24,000 nt of DNA from Nitrososphaerota archaeon (GTDB taxonomy: Archaea > Thermoproteota > Nitrososphaeria_A > Caldarchaeales > Wolframiiraptoraceae): positions 63,861 to 87,860 of the forward strand of contig JAGGRY010000036.1 in the NCBI GenBank assembly GCA_021159365.1, read 5' to 3'. A model generated the notes under the pieces. That model did not search any database, was not told the DNA's origin, and saw nothing but the letters and a program-made list of their open reading frames with translations. A program made the position numbers and the translations under genes. Of the stretch, positions 7,679 through 15,529 are shown piece by piece (position 1 is the first letter of the stretch; each line of letters starts with the position of its first letter).

Positions 7679-8190
7679 TCGGAGGCTTGCTCTCCCATCG
7701 GCTTCTGACCATAATTATCCAGGATATATTTTATTCCTTGAATCGTTATCGCGTAATCTCCTCTATCAAGCCTCTTAAGCATGACTCCTTGAGAGAGTTC
7801 AGCAACCCTATTGGAGAGAGTCTTTCTCTTAATCCTCGGCAGATATTCGGAGAAATCGGAGATGCTTGTATTCGGCTTCTCTCTCCTGCCAAGCTTATAC
7901 TCAAGATAATTTTTGAGGGCTATGAAGTAGACGGCGTCTTGGAATGGGAGTTCATTCAAATCTTTTAGGAAGAATATGCCAGCCTCTGGATTATATGCTA
8001 GATAATTTTTCAATCTCTCCAGCATGTCTTTGAGCTCCACATTATATTGAATCTTCTTCGCGAGCGAGTATTCTGGAATAGCTTGTTCGAGGAACGCTAC
8101 AACTTGATGGTAGACTGCTTCGGGGCTTCCCGAAAATTCAGCCTCCAAGTCCCCATACTTGATGTGTATCTTAAGTTCTTCATCACTCAT
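7675..8190 (-). CDS. Small winged-helix protein, paralogue 2
   Basis: 171 aa. N-terminus MSDEELKIHIKYGDLEAEFSGSPEAVYHQV; C-terminal wHTH-like TSISDFSEYLPRIKRKTLSNRVAELSQGVMLKRLDRGDYAIT. ATGA overlap with the upstream gene (8187-8190) and GGTGAGGAG SD. Confidence 0.7.
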   Translation of the reverse strand: MSDEELKIHIKYGDLEAEFSGSPEAVYHQVVAFLEQAIPEYSLAKKIQYNVELKDMLERLKNYLAYNPEAGIFFLKDLNELPFQDAVYFIALKNYLEYKLGRREKPNTSISDFSEYLPRIKRKTLSNRVAELSQGVMLKRLDRGDYAITIQGIKYILDNYGQKPMGEQASD

Positions 8191-8657
8191 GGCTCCTCAC
8201 CGAAGAGCTCCCTAATCGATGCTTTCGTGAATCCATATAATCCTTCCCCATACTTGATCACTAGGCCGGCCTTCTTAAGCTCGCTTAGCCTAGCCCTGGT
8301 AACCTTCTCATTCAATCCAGTGTAGGATGCTATCTCCTTTGGAGTAAGCTTATCTCTCTCCAAGAGTCCTAAGAGTTTTCCAACGTATGCTCCAGCGAGG
8401 CAGAGGAGGATCTTCCGCTTCGCGCCGGTATCCTCTAACACGCTTATCATCCCCTCCCTTATCTCAACGAGGCCTTCGAGCTTCTCCATCAGCAGATTTA
8501 CATCTATGGCTCCGATGAGCTTCTTAACGGCTTCAATAGATGGATAGATCTCTGATAGATACTTGTTTATGCTTCTCCAAACATCTTCATAGTTTCCGCT
8601 GAACTCCACCTCGGTCTCTCCATGTCTTAGAACCGCTTTGAGTTCTCCATCGCTCAT
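8187..8657 (-). CDS. Small winged-helix protein, paralogue 3
   Basis: 156 aa. N-terminus MSDGELKAVLRHGETEVEFSGNYEDVWRSI aligns with paralogue 2. C-terminal wHTH LTPKEIASYTGLNEKVTRARLSELKKAGLVIKYGEGLYGFT. ATGA overlap at 8654-8657 and GAGGTGAGGAG SD. Confidence 0.75.
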   Translation of the reverse strand: MSDGELKAVLRHGETEVEFSGNYEDVWRSINKYLSEIYPSIEAVKKLIGAIDVNLLMEKLEGLVEIREGMISVLEDTGAKRKILLCLAGAYVGKLLGLLERDKLTPKEIASYTGLNEKVTRARLSELKKAGLVIKYGEGLYGFTKASIRELFGEEP

Positions 8658-9115
8658 CTCTCCTCACCTCTAAACTTGTTCTCAACATGTTTTATCCCCT
8701 TTCTGAGAATTCTGAAGGTCTTCTTCCCCTCTCGTCTTCCAGCCTCTTCCATATATCCATCCTTTATCAAATCGGACATAACATCGCTTAGATTCTTCGG
8801 CATGGGCCATCGAACTCTTTGATAATATTCCTTGACATCGTCATAGGTCATGTCTCTTCCCTCATGTTTGTGGAGATAATAGGCTATGGTCAAGAATCTC
8901 TGCGGATGAGTCTCAGGCTCAAGCTCATCAACATACTCCGTGAAGCTCATCTTTTCACTAATCAACTCGGCTTGTTTAACCGGTTCATGAGCCTTGACCT
9001 TCTCCAAGACTTTATCGAGCCAAGATAGATCGGAGAACTTCTCCTCTATGAACTCCTTATCTCCCTCGATCTCTATCTCCAATCCTCCAACCGAGATCCT
9101 CACCCTGTATGTCAT
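8654..9115 (-). CDS. Small winged-helix protein, paralogue 4 (first gene of the three-gene operon)
   Basis: 153 aa. N-terminus MTYRVRISVGGLEIEIEGDKEFIEEKF; C-terminal wHTH-like MTYDDVKEYYQRVRWPMPKNLSDVMSDLIKDGYMEEAGRREGKKTFRIL. TATA-like element 23 nt upstream. Confidence 0.7.
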   Translation of the reverse strand: MTYRVRISVGGLEIEIEGDKEFIEEKFSDLSWLDKVLEKVKAHEPVKQAELISEKMSFTEYVDELEPETHPQRFLTIAYYLHKHEGRDMTYDDVKEYYQRVRWPMPKNLSDVMSDLIKDGYMEEAGRREGKKTFRILRKGIKHVENKFRGEER

Positions 9116-9138
9116 CCGTGCCCATTTCAGAGTATCTA

Positions 9139-9146
9139 GTTATAAG
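9139..9146 (-). promoter_or_regulatory. TATA box (CTTATAAC on the minus strand) for the three-gene small wH operon
   Basis: Located 23 nt upstream of the ATG at 9115, with no SD. Confidence 0.4.
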
Positions 9147-9152
9147 GGTTTT

Positions 9153-9162
9153 AGAGCGCTCT
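9153..9162. promoter_or_regulatory. Perfect 10-bp palindrome AGAGCGCTCT next to the TATA box on its upstream side (candidate operator)
   Basis: Read directly from the sequence. It is nested in a larger inverted repeat, TTCAGAG (9127-9133) / CTCTGAA (9160-9166), that brackets the TATA element. Confidence 0.35.
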
Positions 9163-9228
9163 GAAAGTGGATATTCGCCCACTATCTAAAGATATAAAAG
9201 CACTAGAAGGGCACAATAACTCGCCTTC

Positions 9229-11139
9229 TCAGCTTCCACCACCTTGGCCATGAATCCTCTCCCTAACCATTTGGTATAATTTTCCGCCGTCGATCCTTCC
9301 CCTATAGATCTTCATGAGTTCCCCCATTATTACGGAAGACGCCTTCCTCGGATTCTCCTCAATCATGGACTTGTATCTCTTGATGAGCTCATCTATTTTC
9401 TTCTCAACCTCACTCATATCCACCGGCCTGAGGTTTAAGGCATCTAAAGCATCCCTAACACTCTTTCCCGGATTCTTGGATAACCATTTAATTATCTCAG
9501 GTGCTGCTTCCTTCGCTATCTCGCCGCCCGCGATCAACTTTGAGATCTCGAAGAGATCTGAATCGCCTACAAGCTCGACGTTGAATCCCTCTCGCTTTAA
9601 GCTCTTCATATGTTCCGCTAGGATTGAGGCCGCTACCCTAGGCTTAACACCGGTCTCCGAGACTATTCGCTCGAATAACTCAACCTTCTCCAAGTCGATC
9701 AATTCATTCGCTATCTGCTTACTCAAACCATATTTTCTCGAAAGACTTTCCGCTACCTCGTCCAAGGTCGGTGGAAGCCTTCGCTTAAGCTCCTCTAGAT
9801 ATTCTCTGCTTATCGGGTATGGTGGTATATCGGTTTCGGGATACATTCTAGCAGCCCCGGGTCTTGGTCTGAGATAAATGGTCGTTCCATCCGATCTCGC
9901 CGCCCTTGTCTCTGAGGGAACTCCTCTTAAAGCCTCAATAGCTCTCTCCTTGACTCGTTGAAGGGCGTCTTCAGCCTTAGACTTCTCATCTGCAACTATT
10001 ATTACGGCGTCAAGTTCACCTGCCTCCATGAAGTCTTTTAATCTCCTCACCTCGGCTTCAGTTATTCCATATCCGGGTAACTCATCTGTGTGGAATATTC
10101 CCTCGACTTCAGACCAAGCTCTAGCTCTTCCAGCGAACTCCGCTCCAAGCCTTATTCCTGGAGCTGCTTCTAAGCCCAGTAATCCGCCGAATTTTCTCAA
10201 TCTTAACGCGAGAACTCTTCCACCTGAATCGATCTTTCTCCTCAAGATTCTCGATCTCGTTTTCTTGAAGATCTCTGTGACATCTTTTATCGGCTCCTCT
10301 GAGATCATCTGCTCCGTGACTCCTCTCTTCTTAAGCTCGTCTCTAATCTTTAGGAGATGGAGTTGTCGTATAACTTCGAGTTCGACCACTTTTGGAAGTA
10401 GATCTAATTCCTGAACTCCCTTAATCTCGATTAATGCTCCATCTCTTATCGAGATGTTTAGATCCTGTCTAACAGTTCCTATTCCACGCTTAACTTTTCC
10501 AGTAGCCCTCAAGAGTCTCCCAATTGCATAAGCAACTCTATAGGCTTCTCTCGGAGAATTTATGACTGGAGCTGTCGAGATCTCGATCAGCGGTATTCCA
10601 AGTCTCCTCAAGTCATAGTGAATCTCATGAGGTTTCCTCTCAATTATCCTCGCAGCGTCTTCCTCGATGGTTATCGTTTGGATGGGTATCTTCTTTCCAT
10701 CAACGATTATCTCTCCTCCTAGCGCAATCACACAAGTCCTCTGAAATCCAGTCGTATTCGATCCATCTATCACTATCTTTCTCATGACGTGGATCTCGTC
10801 AACGGGCTTTGCGTTCATCAATAATGCTGTGACCAAACCCACCTCAACTGCTTCACGATTCAAATCATGCGGCGGCTCTTCATCCATCTCCACGAGACAG
10901 GTGTTTAGGGTGTCAGCGTGATAGACTATCTTCCTACGTTTTCTCGCCTCGAAGATCGCCGCTGGATCGACTTCTCCGAGCTCGCTTTGAGCCTCTCTAA
11001 GCCATCTGACAAATCTTATCTCCCTTCCACCATCGACGAACTCTGTTGGGCATTCGCAGAACAACTTACATCTAGTATCGAGCTGCCTATGGATCTCCAG
11101 CCCAACCTTTAATCCAATTGATTGGTAATCTATCTTCAT
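9229..11139 (-). CDS. gatE: Glutamyl-tRNA(Gln) amidotransferase subunit E
   Basis: 636 aa. GatB/E-type core (GLEIHRQL..., CECP...) with the archaeal GatE insertion and a C-terminal YqeY-like tail. Directly follows gatD (TAATG overlap at 11139). GGAGGTGA lies 12 nt upstream. Confidence 0.93.
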   Translation of the reverse strand: MKIDYQSIGLKVGLEIHRQLDTRCKLFCECPTEFVDGGREIRFVRWLREAQSELGEVDPAAIFEARKRRKIVYHADTLNTCLVEMDEEPPHDLNREAVEVGLVTALLMNAKPVDEIHVMRKIVIDGSNTTGFQRTCVIALGGEIIVDGKKIPIQTITIEEDAARIIERKPHEIHYDLRRLGIPLIEISTAPVINSPREAYRVAYAIGRLLRATGKVKRGIGTVRQDLNISIRDGALIEIKGVQELDLLPKVVELEVIRQLHLLKIRDELKKRGVTEQMISEEPIKDVTEIFKKTRSRILRRKIDSGGRVLALRLRKFGGLLGLEAAPGIRLGAEFAGRARAWSEVEGIFHTDELPGYGITEAEVRRLKDFMEAGELDAVIIVADEKSKAEDALQRVKERAIEALRGVPSETRAARSDGTTIYLRPRPGAARMYPETDIPPYPISREYLEELKRRLPPTLDEVAESLSRKYGLSKQIANELIDLEKVELFERIVSETGVKPRVAASILAEHMKSLKREGFNVELVGDSDLFEISKLIAGGEIAKEAAPEIIKWLSKNPGKSVRDALDALNLRPVDMSEVEKKIDELIKRYKSMIEENPRKASSVIMGELMKIYRGRIDGGKLYQMVRERIHGQGGGS

Positions 11140-12479
11140 TATTCAAGCTTCACCTCCATGCTGGGCATGCTTCTCTCGCCGAGTTCTCCGGCGATGGGCT
11201 TAAGCATGAGTTCCTCAACTTCCTCCAAGTTTCTCGCTCTAGCCAAGCACCAGCTAAGCTTGACGTATGCGGTTTCGGGAAGCATGTCGTCAAGCGCTAT
11301 CACTCCGGCCTTCAATAGATCTCTTCCAGTATCATAGACTCTCATATTCACTCTTCCGAAGATGCATTGAGACGTCATCCCGAAGAATATTCCATCATCA
11401 TGTAATTTCTTGATCGTCGGAATTATTCTCGTGCTCACATGCCCAAGCCCCGTCCCCTCCAAAACTATGCCTCTAACACCTTTCTCAACTAAGAACTCTA
11501 GGATATCTGCATCCATTCCGGGATAGAACTTTACCAGAGCTGCTTTGGACGAGAATCCCGGCTCAAATCTATATTCACGTGATCCTCTCTTGTTCAAGTT
11601 CTCAGAATTCAACTTAATCTTTCCATCCTTGACATAGGCTATTGGAGGCGAATTAACGGATCTAAATGCGTCTCTGCTACTCGTGTGAAGCTTCCTAACT
11701 CTAGTGCCTCTATGAACGGCCAACAAATCATCTGAATGCCAAGCATGCATTACCACGCAGACCTCGGCGAATGGAGCATGGCCAGCAACACGCGTTGCCG
11801 CTATCAGGTTTGTCGCTGCGTCGCTTGATGGTCTATCAGAGGATCTTTGAGCTCCCACGAAGACTATCGGTATCGGCGGTTTTTGGAGGGCGAAGCTTAA
11901 GGCTGCGGCCGAGTATCCCATCGTATCGGTTCCATGGGCTATGATCACGCCGTCAACTCCATCCTTGATCAATCTATCGACCTCTATGGCCATCCTATTC
12001 CAAAGCTCCGGAGTCATGTCTTCGCTGAAGATCGAGAACAGTATCTTTGCATCTATCTCTGCTATATTGGAGAGCTCTGGAACTATTGAGAGGAGATCTT
12101 CAGCGGTCAACGCGGGTCTAACGCCTCCGGTTCTATAGTCTATCCTGCTGGCTATCGTTCCACCCGTGCTCATAATCGTGACCTTTGGAAGACCTTCCTT
12201 GAACTTGGGCTTAGGCGGCGGAATGAATCTAGGCTTCTTCGCGGATGCGATCCTCTTAACCTTCACCTCACCCTCAACTCTTATCCCAACATTGTAGCCA
12301 TTTGGAAGCTTGATCACGATATAGTTTGGATCAGCGAGCTCATATCTCGCCATGAGGATTCCCCTATAGGTCTCATCTCTAACCTCAACCTCGATCTCAT
12401 CCCCGATCTCGACTCCGCTCTCCTTGAGAATCTCCCTAACCCTTCCAGAATATCCCTGAAGCCTATCACCTACGGCCAT
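11139..12479 (-). CDS. gatD: Glutamyl-tRNA(Gln) amidotransferase subunit D (asparaginase-like)
   Basis: 446 aa. N-terminal GatD-specific domain plus an L-asparaginase-type core (TGGTIAS...HGTDTM). Operon with gatE. Confidence 0.93.
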   Translation of the reverse strand: MAVGDRLQGYSGRVREILKESGVEIGDEIEVEVRDETYRGILMARYELADPNYIVIKLPNGYNVGIRVEGEVKVKRIASAKKPRFIPPPKPKFKEGLPKVTIMSTGGTIASRIDYRTGGVRPALTAEDLLSIVPELSNIAEIDAKILFSIFSEDMTPELWNRMAIEVDRLIKDGVDGVIIAHGTDTMGYSAAALSFALQKPPIPIVFVGAQRSSDRPSSDAATNLIAATRVAGHAPFAEVCVVMHAWHSDDLLAVHRGTRVRKLHTSSRDAFRSVNSPPIAYVKDGKIKLNSENLNKRGSREYRFEPGFSSKAALVKFYPGMDADILEFLVEKGVRGIVLEGTGLGHVSTRIIPTIKKLHDDGIFFGMTSQCIFGRVNMRVYDTGRDLLKAGVIALDDMLPETAYVKLSWCLARARNLEEVEELMLKPIAGELGERSMPSMEVKLE

Positions 12480-12504
12480 GTTCTATCAAGAGAGATTCAT
12501 CCCA

Positions 12505-12512
12505 GTATTAAG
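12505..12512 (-). promoter_or_regulatory. TATA-like element (CTTAATAC on the minus strand) for gatDE
   Basis: Located 25 nt upstream of the ATG at 12479. It is weaker than the other TATA boxes; an alternative AATAAGC lies 7 nt further upstream. Confidence 0.3.
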
Positions 12513-12595
12513 CTTATTATGCTGATTACGAAGAAAGTTCACTAAACATCATATCAAATAAACTGCGGATAATTCGCCGTAGAATTCTTCAAACA

Positions 12596-12603
12596 CTTTT
12601 AAG
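12596..12603 (+). promoter_or_regulatory. TATA box (CTTTTAAG) for the aminotransferase gene
   Basis: Located 25 nt upstream of the ATG at 12629, with no SD. Confidence 0.4.
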
Positions 12604-12628
12604 CAAGTCAATCAATAAAATCCCCTGC

Positions 12629-13828
12629 ATGTGTGGATATGAGGCTCCCAGAAGGATTGCGAATGTGAGCGCTGAAGCAGCCTTCGCGGTTTTGAAAATT
12701 GCGAAGAACGTTGAAAGAACGGGTAAGAGAGTCATCCATTTGGAGATAGGGGAGCCGGACTTTGACACTCCCAAACACATAAAGGACGCCGCCATGGAAG
12801 CTCTAAACAAGAACTTCACCCATTATACTCCAACCCTCGGAATCCCGGAGCTTAGAAAGGAGATAGCCGAGAGCATCAAGAGGGATTATGGTGTTGAGAT
12901 CGATTGGGAGAAGAATGTGGCAGTGACTACTGGATGTAAGCAGGCGATACTTGCGTCAACTTTGGCGGTAGTCGATGAGGGAGAAGAGGTGATCTATCCA
13001 AATCCAGGTTATCCAGAATATGAGGCTGCAGCATACTTTGCTGGGGGTAAACCTGTTCCCTATAGGCTCAGGCTCGAAGACGGTTTTAGGATGACTCCCG
13101 AAGGATTGGCTGAGCTCATAACTGCGAAGACGAAGCTCGTCGTATTGAATAGTCCAAATAATCCATGTGGAGTCGTGATGCCTGAGGAAGATGTCAAGGG
13201 CATCGTTGACCTCGCGGAAGACCATGGCTTCTACATACTCTCAGACGAGGTCTATCGTCCAATACTCTTCGACGGCTCAAAACATTACTCACCACTACAC
13301 GCTAAGAAAAACCTGGATAAGCTGATCATAGTTGACGGATTCTCGAAGAGATATGCGATGACGGGATGGAGGCTTGGATACGCTCTAGTTCCAGAGGAGA
13401 TCCTGCCACAAGTCTTCAAGCTCCTAAATGTCATGACCTCATGCCCGAATTCAATCTCTCAATACGCTGCTCTAGCGGCTCTCAGAGGTTCTCAGGAACC
13501 CGTCATGAATATGGTTAAGCAGTATTGGAGAAGGAGAGATGTAGTCGTGGAGGAGCTTTCAAAGCTCGAGAACATCAGGTTCGTGAGGCCTAAAGGAGCG
13601 TTCTATGCATTAGTGGATGTGAGCAAGGTCTTGAACAAGCTTAAGGTCAATTCTGAGGAGTTCGTCAAGATGTTGATAGAGAAGTATGGAGTCGCATTCC
13701 TCCATGGAACGGCTCTAGGCTCCTATGGTGAAGGATTCATAAGGATAAGCTTCGCCACATCTGAGGAAAACATAAGAGAAGGAATCAGGATACTCGGTAA
13801 AGCCATAGAAGAATTGTCTAAGTCTTAA
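12629..13828 (+). CDS. Class I PLP-dependent aminotransferase (aspartate aminotransferase-like)
   Basis: 399 aa with IGEPDFDTP, NSPNNPCG and the PLP-lysine context SKRYAMTGWRLGY. Confidence 0.9.
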   Translation: MCGYEAPRRIANVSAEAAFAVLKIAKNVERTGKRVIHLEIGEPDFDTPKHIKDAAMEALNKNFTHYTPTLGIPELRKEIAESIKRDYGVEIDWEKNVAVTTGCKQAILASTLAVVDEGEEVIYPNPGYPEYEAAAYFAGGKPVPYRLRLEDGFRMTPEGLAELITAKTKLVVLNSPNNPCGVVMPEEDVKGIVDLAEDHGFYILSDEVYRPILFDGSKHYSPLHAKKNLDKLIIVDGFSKRYAMTGWRLGYALVPEEILPQVFKLLNVMTSCPNSISQYAALAALRGSQEPVMNMVKQYWRRRDVVVEELSKLENIRFVRPKGAFYALVDVSKVLNKLKVNSEEFVKMLIEKYGVAFLHGTALGSYGEGFIRISFATSEENIREGIRILGKAIEELSKS

Positions 13829-14501
13829 TGGCCTCGAAGAGGACGAGTCTCCAACAAACCCTTCCCAAATGATCGTAAACATAGTCTGAATCCGGCAGCG
13901 ATTTAAGGTGGTTAAGTAATCTGCGAAGAATCTTCCCGAATGGATGGACTTGATAATCTAAGATCTTCGGGATGAAACCTCTCCCCAACAACGCTTGATA
14001 GGTTCTCCCTATGCCAACTAGGGAGATGACTGGCAGGATGAGTCTCCCATTCCTTCTTAGATGGCTTGGAGGCTCAACTAAAACCCTTACCGAGAAAAAC
14101 CTTCCAACAATACCTCCCCAAGTAAATCTCCGCAACTGAATTGGGGATGGAGTCATTGGGGGATTGCAGATTATCAGGTCGAATAACTCACCTCTTACGG
14201 GATTAAATAGGTCTCCAACCCTAAAATCTATCTCAACGCCGTTGATCTCAGCATTCCTTTTAGCGATCTTGATAGCTCTATCTGAGACATCTGTTGCGAC
14301 GACATTCCTCGCCCCAAGCTTCGATGCAAGTATCGCCAAGACCCCTGACCCGGTTCCTAGGTCGAGGACTCTTAAACCGTCTATCTCATGGAGATTCTCG
14401 GCTATAAGCCTCGTTGCAGCCGATGGCATATAGATTTTTCGATCCTTGATGAGCTTTATCTCGATTCCCTTAACCTTGAATGTCGTGATCTTCTCCACCA
14501 T
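13818..14501 (-). CDS. Class I SAM-dependent methyltransferase (HemK/Mtq2-like small MTase domain, NPPM motif)
   Basis: 227 aa. SAM-binding VLDLGTGSGVLAILASKLG, acidic loop VATDVS, and LIICNPPMTP (a variant of the (D/N)PPY motif). Its 3' end overlaps the aminotransferase 3' end by 11 bp. The substrate cannot be inferred. Confidence 0.75.
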   Translation of the reverse strand: MVEKITTFKVKGIEIKLIKDRKIYMPSAATRLIAENLHEIDGLRVLDLGTGSGVLAILASKLGARNVVATDVSDRAIKIAKRNAEINGVEIDFRVGDLFNPVRGELFDLIICNPPMTPSPIQLRRFTWGGIVGRFFSVRVLVEPPSHLRRNGRLILPVISLVGIGRTYQALLGRGFIPKILDYQVHPFGKILRRLLNHLKSLPDSDYVYDHLGRVCWRLVLFEAIKT

Positions 14502-14535
14502 TATCTCTAAAGGATAAATAGCCTCGGTTTATGAA

Positions 14536-15510
14536 ATGGTTATTGTGGAGCCGCCGACTCAGCCCATTGAGGGTTTTTATGTCAAGATAGAGGAGACGAT
14601 CATGGCCGTTAAAGGAGTCCTACAACCTCCGGGGAAAGTGATCGCTCTTCCAACCTACATACTGTTCAATGGAGGCTTTAAGAGAATTAGACGCTTCAAA
14701 GAGTCTTTAGATCATTTCATTAAGAGATATCCAGATTACTATAGTTGGTTTGACTTCGCTGGAAGAAAGTTGCCCGCCCTGCCTCTAAGCATCGTCGATG
14801 AAGTCTATAATCCACTATCCATGAAGCATGTCGGACATCTCTCGCCTGAAGCCGAAAAGCTTAGGAGAATATTAGTTGAGGAATCTGGAGTCGATGAAAG
14901 CTTTGTCGGGATAACTGGATCGATACTCCTTAAAACATATTCACCGAAATCCGATATAGATCTCATAGTATATGGAATTGAGAATGGGAAAAGGATATAT
15001 GAATCGCTGAAAGAGCTTAGGAGAAGAGGAGATTTAGGATGCTTGAAAGATGATTATGAGTTGAGAAAGTCGAGGCTGGATTCATCTTTGCCGTTAAAGA
15101 CTTGGATTGCCGTCGAGAGATCTAAGATCTTAACTGGAACATTTTCTGGAAAAATCTATACAGCGAAGATAGTTCCACTGCCATCTGAATATTGGGAGAG
15201 CTTAGATCAAGAATGCATAGAGATCGGATCAACAGGCTTCATAGGAGAAGTTATAGACGATAGATATTCAATTCTAACTCCGAACAGTTATTCTGTATTT
15301 GTGAGGAGGAAATTGTTCGGCGAGGTCCAGGAGGGCGAAATAGTTGAGGTCTTCTCGATGAGGAGTAGGTTTGCGGAAATGGCCTCGCGTGGAGACTGGG
15401 TGAAGGTTGTGGGAAGACTTGAGCTTGTCAAGCTCCATGGGAAGAAATGGAAAAGAGTATTCCTAGGAAATAATGAGGAAGACGTGATAATCTCACTCCA
15501 CTACATCTAA
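14536..15510 (+). CDS. Predicted Pol-beta-superfamily nucleotidyltransferase, tandem paralogue 1
   Basis: 324 aa with the NTase signature GITGSILLKTYSPKSDIDLIVYG (G-S ... D-x-D). The C-terminal third is beta-rich (EIVEVFSMRSRFAEMASRGDWVKVVGRLELVK). It aligns end to end with the downstream ORF. Confidence 0.7.
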   Translation: MVIVEPPTQPIEGFYVKIEETIMAVKGVLQPPGKVIALPTYILFNGGFKRIRRFKESLDHFIKRYPDYYSWFDFAGRKLPALPLSIVDEVYNPLSMKHVGHLSPEAEKLRRILVEESGVDESFVGITGSILLKTYSPKSDIDLIVYGIENGKRIYESLKELRRRGDLGCLKDDYELRKSRLDSSLPLKTWIAVERSKILTGTFSGKIYTAKIVPLPSEYWESLDQECIEIGSTGFIGEVIDDRYSILTPNSYSVFVRRKLFGEVQEGEIVEVFSMRSRFAEMASRGDWVKVVGRLELVKLHGKKWKRVFLGNNEEDVIISLHYI

Positions 15511-15529
15511 ATATGGATCCAGGGATCTA

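Noticed and set aside
9314-10414. Plus-strand ORFs 9314-9877 (187 aa) and 10028-10414 (128 aa)
   Set aside because: They are antisense shadows within gatE, which is unambiguous on the minus strand.
12589-12819. 76-aa minus-strand ORF
   Set aside because: It overlaps the aminotransferase N-terminus and promoter in antisense. The aminotransferase frame has strong family motifs.
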